Program-made: the position numbers and the translations under genes
NCBI GenBank assembly: GCA_030426295.1
Contig: JAUHYY010000001.1
Span: 1 to 46,060 of the forward strand
Length of the DNA: 46,060 nt
Origin: a bacterium
GTDB taxonomy: Bacteria > Patescibacteriota > Gracilibacteria > UBA1369 > GCA-2718715
Reading direction: 5' to 3'
In this document: positions 40,065-46,060 of the stretch, piece after piece
Numbering within the stretch: position 1 is the first letter of the stretch
Layout of the letters: each line of letters opens with the position of its first letter
Notes under the pieces: model-generated
Told to the model about the DNA's origin: nothing
The model's database searches: none
What the model saw: only the letters and a program-made list of their open reading frames with translations

Positions 40065-40607
40065 ATGAGGATTTATACACGTACAGGTGATGAAGGAATG
40101 AGCTCTCTTTTTGATGGGGGAAGATATAAAAAATCACATTTAAGATTTGAAGTTTATGGCGAACTAGATTTGCTTAATGTAATGGTTGGTGATGCAAGAT
40201 CTTACTTAGAAGGTAAGCCAACAGAGCCGTTTTTAGAAGAGATTCAGAGACTAATTTTTTCTTTAAGTTCAGTTTTAGCAACTGAGGATTCTGCAAAATT
40301 GCCAGATCGTATAAAAGAGATTGATTGGGCAGAGTATACTAGAAGACTTGAGTGTAATATGGATGCTTATGACGAAAAAATGCCTGAGTTAAAGTCATTT
40401 ATTTTGCCAGGTGGAGTTCGTGGAGCAACAATTTTACATTATTGCAGAGTGCAAACTCGGAAGTGTGAAAGGTTATTGGTTAAGCTGAGCGAAGAGGTAG
40501 AGATTGATGCTGAAATTTTGAAGTTTATAAATAGGCTGTCAGATTTCTTTTTTATGGCAGCAAGATTTGCGAATTTCGTTAATGGTAAGGAAGAGTTGGG
40601 GTGGTAG
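40065..40607 (+). CDS. PduO-type ATP:cob(I)alamin adenosyltransferase family protein
   Basis: MRIYTRTGDEGMSSLFDG...YGELDLLN...FILPGG are characteristic of the PduO/MMAB family. Confidence 0.85.
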   Translation: MRIYTRTGDEGMSSLFDGGRYKKSHLRFEVYGELDLLNVMVGDARSYLEGKPTEPFLEEIQRLIFSLSSVLATEDSAKLPDRIKEIDWAEYTRRLECNMDAYDEKMPELKSFILPGGVRGATILHYCRVQTRKCERLLVKLSEEVEIDAEILKFINRLSDFFFMAARFANFVNGKEELGW

Positions 40608-40662
40608 TTGACATGTTGAGTGAGTTTGGTAGGTTTTAGTACAAAAAATTTAAGTTTTTGTT

Positions 40663-41025
40663 ATGGGAGTAGCCTGTAGAGTAGAAGATTTTCACGATAT
40701 TTTAACTATTTGTGGTACTGATTTAGATCCAAGGTTGTTTCCTGAAAGAGAAGTTATTGGAACTTTGACTTTAGGCAGAGTTTATACAGGGTCATCGATA
40801 AGACAGATTGTAGGATTTTTATATGAAGGGGTTGATAATCCTGCTCGAATTCCAGGTGAAGATAGAGTTCCAGTAGGTGGTGGGTTTGAGACTTTTTATA
40901 TGAGGGAAGATGGTGTAGATCAGCGAGTATCTACAGTTAGACGTTTCTTTGCTCCAGAGGTTGATGAAAAAAGTCCTGAGTTCATTCAAGCCTTAAATAC
41001 ATTCCTAGAGAGTCTAAATTCTTAA
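40663..41025 (+). CDS. Hypothetical 120-aa protein (orphan)
   Basis: ORF only. TTGACA at 40608-40613 begins right after the upstream TAG, but the -10 element is poor (TAGGTT). Confidence 0.4.
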   Translation: MGVACRVEDFHDILTICGTDLDPRLFPEREVIGTLTLGRVYTGSSIRQIVGFLYEGVDNPARIPGEDRVPVGGGFETFYMREDGVDQRVSTVRRFFAPEVDEKSPEFIQALNTFLESLNS

Positions 41026-41390
41026 CAACACTCCCCGTAGATGGTTGTTGAGATTTTGTTTATTTTGACTTGGTTTTTGTTTTCGATGCAGGTTACGCAG
41101 AGTTTAAAGTCGGGTTCTGTTACGTGGGTGATTTTTCCACATTTTGTGCAGACTAGGTGATGGTGTGGCCCGATGTATGGTTCGTAGTAGGTTTTTCCGT
41201 TATCTAGTTGGGTTTTTTGGATTTGTTTGTCTTCTTCTAAGAGTTGTAGGTTTCTGTAGATAGTTGCGATTCCAATAGAAGGCGATTGCTTTTTGGCAGC
41301 TGCAAAAATGTCGTCAGTTGTTAGATGTTTTTCTGCATCTTTGATGACTTTTAAAATTGTTTCTCGTTGTTTGCTGAAATTTCTATTCAT
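41022..41390 (-). CDS. Fur-family metalloregulator (Fur/PerR/Zur type)
   Basis: RETILKVIKDAEKHLTTDDIF...IGIATIYRNLQLLEE (wHTH), HHHLVCTKCGK (metal site). Divergent from the suf operon. Confidence 0.85.
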   Translation of the reverse strand: MNRNFSKQRETILKVIKDAEKHLTTDDIFAAAKKQSPSIGIATIYRNLQLLEEDKQIQKTQLDNGKTYYEPYIGPHHHLVCTKCGKITHVTEPDFKLCVTCIENKNQVKINKISTTIYGECC

Positions 41391-41453
41391 AGCTACTTAA
41401 TAGATAGGTCTTAGTATAGGTTTTGTTTTAAATAAAGGCAATATCTGTTAAAT

Positions 41454-41468
41454 TAATATTGATTATCA
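41454..41468. promoter_or_regulatory. Putative Fur-type box (TAATATTgATTATCA) overlapping the suf promoter -35
   Basis: 7-1-7 inverted repeat resembling TGATAATnATTATCA (right arm 7/7, left arm 5/7). TTGATT-16-TATACT promoter candidate at 41459-41486. Confidence 0.5.
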
Positions 41469-41512
41469 GTTTCGAAAATGTATACTCTTAGTCCTTATAA
41501 ATTTATTTGAAT

Positions 41513-42274
41513 ATGATTAAAACTCTAGAAATTACAAATCTTCATGCGAGTGTTGATGGTGAACCTATTTTGAAAGGTGTGAATCTAAAAGTTAGTGCTG
41601 GTGAAATCCATTGTATTATGGGGCCGAATGGTTCTGGTAAATCGACTTTGGTTAATACTATTATGGGTCACCCGGCTTACGAAGTAACTGAAGGAGAAAT
41701 CCTTTTAAATGGGGAGAATGTATTAGAAATGGAACCATTTGAAAGAGCTCAGGCTGGGATCTTCTTAGCTTTTCAGTATCCGAAAGAGATTGCTGGAGTT
41801 TCAATGCTAAACTTTTTGACTGCAGCTTATAATGCGCATTTGCTTGCTAAAGATCCTGAGGCTAAGCCAATGAAAGCGTTTAGATTCAAGAGAGAGATTA
41901 AAGCTCAAATGGAAGAACTAAAGATTGATCCTGCGTTTTTAGATCGATTTTTGAATCAAGGTTTTTCTGGAGGTGAGAAGAAAAAAGCTGAAATCCTACA
42001 ATTAAAGTTACTTCAGCCAACGTTTGCTTTGCTTGATGAGACTGATTCTGGTCTTGATGTTGATGCCTTAAAGATTGTTGCTGAAGGTATAAATTCTATG
42101 AAAGGTGATGATTTCGGAGTTTTATTGGTAACTCATTACCAAAGAATTTTAGATTACGTTGAACCGCATTTTGTACATGTGATGATTGATGGGAAAATTG
42201 TAAAAAGTGCGAGTGGTGATTATGCAAAAGAACTAGAATCTACAGGGTACGAACAGTTAATAGTTAATGGCTAA
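41513..42274 (+). CDS. sufC: Fe-S cluster assembly ATPase SufC
   Basis: Walker A GPNGSGKST, signature FSGGEKKK, Walker B ALLDETDSGLD. Start taken at ATG 41513 rather than TTG 41507. Confidence 0.95.
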   Translation: MIKTLEITNLHASVDGEPILKGVNLKVSAGEIHCIMGPNGSGKSTLVNTIMGHPAYEVTEGEILLNGENVLEMEPFERAQAGIFLAFQYPKEIAGVSMLNFLTAAYNAHLLAKDPEAKPMKAFRFKREIKAQMEELKIDPAFLDRFLNQGFSGGEKKKAEILQLKLLQPTFALLDETDSGLDVDALKIVAEGINSMKGDDFGVLLVTHYQRILDYVEPHFVHVMIDGKIVKSASGDYAKELESTGYEQLIVNG

Positions 42275-42284
42275 TAGCTAATAT
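42257..42284. repeat. Period-7 tandem repeat (ttaatag ttaatgg ctaatag ctaatat) spanning the sufC stop and ending 1 nt before the sufB ATG
   Basis: Four heptads; sufC TAA at 42272-42274; sufB ATG at 42286. Confidence 0.65.
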
Positions 42285-42285
42285 T

Positions 42286-43701
42286 ATGAGTGAAGTAAAA
42301 GACAATCCGATATTCGCTGGGCTTGATAGATCTACTTTTGAGCATAGAAATGATGCTAGCTACCAAGCTAAATTTGCACGAGGTCTTAATGAAGAAGTTG
42401 TAAGAAAGATTTCTGCTGAGAAGGGGGAACCAGAATGGATGCTTGAGTTTAGGCTAAAATCACTAAAGACTTTCTTTGAGATGGATATGCCTAAATGGGG
42501 TCCTGATCTTTCTGCACTGAATTTAGAAGATATTACCTATTATGCTAAAGCTGATGCTGAGGCAAATGCACGAAGTTGGGATGATGTTCCACAAGATATT
42601 AAAGATACTTTTGAGAAGCTTGGGATTCCTGAAGCTGAAAGAAAAGTTTTAGCTGGAGTTGGAGCACAATATGAATCTGAAGTTGTTTATCATTCTTTGA
42701 AAGAAGAGTGGGAAAAACAAGGAGTGATCTTTGTGGATTGTGATGTTGCACTTAAAGAACACGAAGAATTGTTTAAGGAATATTTCATGAAGTGTGTTCC
42801 TTACAATGACCATAAGTTTGCTGCACTGCATGGTGCTGTATGGAGTGGTGGAACTTTCCTATATGTTCCTAAAGGAGTGAAACTTGATAAGCCTCTACAA
42901 GCTTACTTTAGAATGAATGCTCCTGGCCAAGGTCAGTTTGAACATACTTTGATTATTGTAGAAGACGAAGCTCAAGCTCATTATATTGAGGGATGTAGTG
43001 CTCCTAAATATGGATCAAATGCGTTACATGCTGGGTGTGTAGAAGTATATGTTGGTAAAGGTGCAAGAATGAGATATTCATCTGTAGAAAACTGGAGTCA
43101 AGATACATATAACCTAAATACAAAGAGAGCCATTGTTGATAATGATGGTGTGATGGAATGGATTGGTGGAAACCTTGGGTCTGGAGTGACTATGCTTTAC
43201 CCATGTTCTATTTTGAAAGGAGCTGGTGCTCATGCAGATCATCTTGGGATAGCATTTGCTAATACTGGTCAGATTCAAGATACTGGGGCGAAGGTTATAC
43301 ATGCTGCTCCGCATACCTCTTGTAACGTAGTAATGAAGTCGCTATCGAAAGGTGGTGGAACATCTGTTTATAGAGGATTGCTTCAGGTTATGCCTCATGC
43401 ACATGATGTGACTGCTCAAATTGAATGTGACGCTTTGATATTAGATGATTATTCTCGATCAGACACAATTCCAGACATGAAGATCATGAATAATGATGTG
43501 ACTATTGCTCATGAGGCTACGGCTGGAAAGCTTAACGAAGAGGATATCTTCTATTTGACTAGTCGAGGTATTGAAGAAGAAGAAGCTAAAGCAATGATTG
43601 TAAATGGGTTTATTGAGCCGATTGTTAAAGAGCTTCCTCTTGAATATGCAGTTGAGCTAAATAGATTAATAGAACTTGAAATGGAAGGTTCAGTTGGATA
43701 A
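42286..43701 (+). CDS. sufB: Fe-S cluster assembly scaffold SufB
   Basis: 471 aa; FEHTLIIVEDEAQAHYIEGCSAP...VENWS...HEATAGKL are typical SufB blocks. Confidence 0.95.
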   Translation: MSEVKDNPIFAGLDRSTFEHRNDASYQAKFARGLNEEVVRKISAEKGEPEWMLEFRLKSLKTFFEMDMPKWGPDLSALNLEDITYYAKADAEANARSWDDVPQDIKDTFEKLGIPEAERKVLAGVGAQYESEVVYHSLKEEWEKQGVIFVDCDVALKEHEELFKEYFMKCVPYNDHKFAALHGAVWSGGTFLYVPKGVKLDKPLQAYFRMNAPGQGQFEHTLIIVEDEAQAHYIEGCSAPKYGSNALHAGCVEVYVGKGARMRYSSVENWSQDTYNLNTKRAIVDNDGVMEWIGGNLGSGVTMLYPCSILKGAGAHADHLGIAFANTGQIQDTGAKVIHAAPHTSCNVVMKSLSKGGGTSVYRGLLQVMPHAHDVTAQIECDALILDDYSRSDTIPDMKIMNNDVTIAHEATAGKLNEEDIFYLTSRGIEEEEAKAMIVNGFIEPIVKELPLEYAVELNRLIELEMEGSVG

Positions 43702-43709
43702 TTAAAACT

Positions 43710-44795
43710 ATGGAAAATAAAATTTTAACAGATAGTGTGATTGAAAAAATGTCGCGGGAAGCGAAGGGAATCCTTTCGTCATCAAATCCGCCAAAGTTTA
43801 GAAGGTTTGCAGAGAGTTTCTTCGAGCCAAGTTGGATTGATGGGCTCCCTAATTTTACTGAAACTTTTGATGAACAAATCCAAGGAGTAAATATTTGTGA
43901 TATTCATACAGCTAAGACTAAGTATCCAGATGCTCTTGATAAATGTTTTGGTCAGATTGTTCCTTTGAATTTTGATAAGGCTTCTGTTTTACATTATGCC
44001 CACATTACTTCTGGAATTTTAGTTTATGTTCCTGATAATGCAGTGATTGAAGAGCCCGTAATGCTTGCTCAAATGTATGCTCCGCATATGCTTATTTATG
44101 TAGGTAAGAATGCAGAAGTAACATTTGTTGATGATAACAGTGAAGTTCTTTCTGCTATTGAAATTGAAGTTATGGAAAACGCCAAAGTGAATTTTGTTTG
44201 TGCAGATTTTGTTAATGATGTGAATATTGCTACTAGAAGAGCAATTGTTGAAAGACAAGCGGTAATTAATTGGTATATTGCTTCATTTAATTCGATTGGA
44301 TCATATACAACAGTACAATCTCACGTTGTAGGTGAAGGTGGAGAAAGTAATATCAATTGGGTGTTTTATGGTAAAGGTTATGAGAAGTTTGATATTTTTG
44401 CTGGTAATATTTTTGATGCACCAAACTGTAAAGGTGAAATATTAGTTAAAGGTGTTGTATCTGAAAACTCGAAGGCATCTGTTGTTGGTGAAATTGATAT
44501 TACTCTAAAAGGCGGAGGAACAGATTCATATTTGAAAGAAGACTTATTAATGCTTGATAAAACAGCTAAGGTTGATGCGATTCCTTCTCTTGAGATTAAG
44601 ACTAATGATGTTAAGGCTGGGCATGGTGTTGCAGTCGAAAAGTTAACTGATGATAAATTATTCTATTTAATGGCTCGTGGGATTTCTCGAGATGAAGCGA
44701 AAAAGCTTATGCTCGAAGGTTTCTTAAAATCTTTGTATGCAGATTTCCCAAGTGAGAGTTTGGTTGATAATATATCTAAGCAATTAAGCTTATAA
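43710..44795 (+). CDS. sufD: Fe-S cluster assembly protein SufD
   Basis: 361 aa SufB/D-fold paralogue directly after sufB. C-terminal KAGHGVAVEKLTDDKLFYLMARGISRDEAKKLM. Confidence 0.85.
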   Translation: MENKILTDSVIEKMSREAKGILSSSNPPKFRRFAESFFEPSWIDGLPNFTETFDEQIQGVNICDIHTAKTKYPDALDKCFGQIVPLNFDKASVLHYAHITSGILVYVPDNAVIEEPVMLAQMYAPHMLIYVGKNAEVTFVDDNSEVLSAIEIEVMENAKVNFVCADFVNDVNIATRRAIVERQAVINWYIASFNSIGSYTTVQSHVVGEGGESNINWVFYGKGYEKFDIFAGNIFDAPNCKGEILVKGVVSENSKASVVGEIDITLKGGGTDSYLKEDLLMLDKTAKVDAIPSLEIKTNDVKAGHGVAVEKLTDDKLFYLMARGISRDEAKKLMLEGFLKSLYADFPSESLVDNISKQLSL

Positions 44796-44796
44796 C

Positions 44797-45975
44797 ATGA
44801 GTTATAAAAAGGATTTTCCGATATTTGAAAAGCATCCTGATTTGGTTTATTTAGATACTGGTGCAAGTGCTCAAAAGCCTAAGGTTGTGATTGATGCTGT
44901 GAGTGATTTTTATGCTTCAGATTACGCTAATATCCATCGTGGACTGTATGAGTTGAGTGAGAAGTCTACAGCTCTCTATGGTCAATCTCGTGAAGCTGTG
45001 GGTAGGTTTATTGGCGCTAGTAGTGACAAAATTATTTTTACTCGTGGAGCTACTGAGTCTATTAATTTGCTTCGGTATGTAATGGCAGGTGAGTTTGAAG
45101 AAGGTGATACGATTTTGGTTACTGTTATGGAGCATCATAGTAATTTTGTTCCTTGGTTTGATTTGGCAAAAGAGAAAGGGTTGAATCTTAAGGTTGTTGA
45201 ACTTCATGATGGAAGTTTAGGAGGGGATGATATTGTTGATGCGATGGATGAATCGGTAAAACTTGTATGTTCTGTGCATGTGTCGAATTCAACAGGGATT
45301 GAGATTGATGTTGAGAAAGTTTGTAGTATAGCTCATGAATTTGGGGCTAAGGTATTGGTTGATGCTTCGCAAAGTGTTGTACATAAGAAAGTTGATGTTG
45401 AGAGTATTGGTTGTGACTTTTTAGTTTTCTCAGGTCATAAGCTTTATGGTCCAACGGGGATTGGAGTTTTGTATGCTCAAGATATGAATGGTTTACCTCC
45501 GTTTCATTTTGGGGGTGATATGATTAAGTTTGTTGAAAAAGATAATGTTGAGTATTTAGATGGTCCTCAAAGATATGAAGCTGGAACACCGAATATAGCT
45601 GGTGCAGTAGGGCTAAAGGCTGCAATTGAGTATTTAGAAGGGATTGGTATGGAAGAAGTTGAAAGGCGTGATGGTGAGCTTATTGAGTATGCAGAATCAC
45701 AGCTTCAAGAGCTTGGGTTTGTTGATTTGGTTGGTAAAGGACTTCGAAAGTCTGCAGTTAGTTTTGTGGTTCAGGGTGTGCATCCGCATGATGTCGCTCA
45801 GATTTTGTCTGACAATAATATTGCTGTTCGTGCTGGGCATCATTGTACTCAGCCTTTAAATAAGGCGTTGGGTCATACTGCGACAGTAAGATTCAGTTTT
45901 GGAATTTATAATGAAAAGGCAGATATTGATAAGGCTGTTGAAGTGTTAAAAGAAGTTAAAAAGTTATTTTCATAA
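44797..45975 (+). CDS. sufS: Cysteine desulfurase SufS (class V aminotransferase)
   Basis: FSGHKLYGPTGIGVLY (PLP Lys) and RAGHHCTQP (catalytic Cys). Confidence 0.92.
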   Translation: MSYKKDFPIFEKHPDLVYLDTGASAQKPKVVIDAVSDFYASDYANIHRGLYELSEKSTALYGQSREAVGRFIGASSDKIIFTRGATESINLLRYVMAGEFEEGDTILVTVMEHHSNFVPWFDLAKEKGLNLKVVELHDGSLGGDDIVDAMDESVKLVCSVHVSNSTGIEIDVEKVCSIAHEFGAKVLVDASQSVVHKKVDVESIGCDFLVFSGHKLYGPTGIGVLYAQDMNGLPPFHFGGDMIKFVEKDNVEYLDGPQRYEAGTPNIAGAVGLKAAIEYLEGIGMEEVERRDGELIEYAESQLQELGFVDLVGKGLRKSAVSFVVQGVHPHDVAQILSDNNIAVRAGHHCTQPLNKALGHTATVRFSFGIYNEKADIDKAVEVLKEVKKLFS

Positions 45976-46060
45976 ATGAGTAATATTTACATGCAAAACA
46001 TATTGGATCACTACCATGACCCTGAAAACTATGGGGCGATGAGTGATGCTACGCATCAGC
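45976..46060 (+). CDS. sufU: SufU/IscU-like Fe-S scaffold or sulfur acceptor, 5' fragment (runs off the window)
   Basis: MSNIYMQNILDHYHDPENYGAM matches the SufU/NifU N-terminal motif (ILDHY.nP.N.G). ATG directly follows the sufS TAA. Confidence 0.7.
   Translation, partial: MSNIYMQNILDHYHDPENYGAMSDATHQ

Noticed and set aside
1-46060. Genome-wide use of genetic code 25 (UGA=Gly) or code 4 (UGA=Trp)
   Set aside because: Apart from ftsA, every recognisable gene (topA 829 aa, copA 759 aa, sufB, zwf, murJ and others) is full length under the standard code. RF2 is present with intact SPF and GGQ motifs. Four genes terminate sensibly at TGA, and one of those is followed immediately by a consensus promoter.

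Overview
AT-rich, very compact bacterial window of about 50 genes. Neighbouring genes often overlap by 1-24 nt, almost no start codon has a Shine-Dalgarno sequence, and TTG/GTG starts occur. The mix of housekeeping genes and many acidic orphan proteins looks like a reduced-genome, CPR/Patescibacteria-like organism; that is inference from gene content and style only.

Recognisable content, left to right:
- Translation and envelope: Wzx-like flippase, prfB (RF2, single ORF with no frameshift), def, an ECF sigma factor, a FemAB-family transferase.
- Division: ftsZ, then ftsA, which carries one in-frame TGA.
- A stand-alone 5'-3' exonuclease, a 755-aa orphan, and a VirB2/TrbC-like small membrane protein.
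- Ribosome-associated: a KH protein and rpsP with a long acidic tandem-repeat tail; then a DUF721/DciA-like protein, a GT4 glycosyltransferase and tRNA-Asp.
- Copper operon: csoR, an HMA-membrane-cupredoxin fusion, and copA.
- A MATE exporter, then a TrmB regulator divergent from a cysteine-rich repeat protein, a zinc-ribbon protein and a DipZ-like CcdA-thioredoxin.
- Oxidative pentose-phosphate genes rpiA-zwf-pgl, a DUF4258/DUF2283 pair and a LOG-family protein.
- topA with a Zn-free C-terminal domain, murJ followed by three membrane-anchored orphans.
- pheA and chorismate mutase divergent from aroE and a PduO-type adenosyltransferase.
- A Fur-family regulator divergent from sufCBDS and the start of sufU.

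No CRISPR array, rRNA or obvious mobile element.

Most noteworthy observations:
1. The in-frame UGA in ftsA falls where E. coli FtsA has a glycine, while RF2 is intact and the rest of the window reads as standard code.
2. A family of period-7, stop-codon-rich tandem repeats sits on gene boundaries at six or more loci.
3. A GC-rich 24-nt palindromic element occurs twice, about 30 kb apart.
4. A cysteine-rich, zinc-ribbon, DipZ module lies beside the copper operon.
5. The 755-aa orphan has a clan-CD (caspase-like) His/Cys signature.
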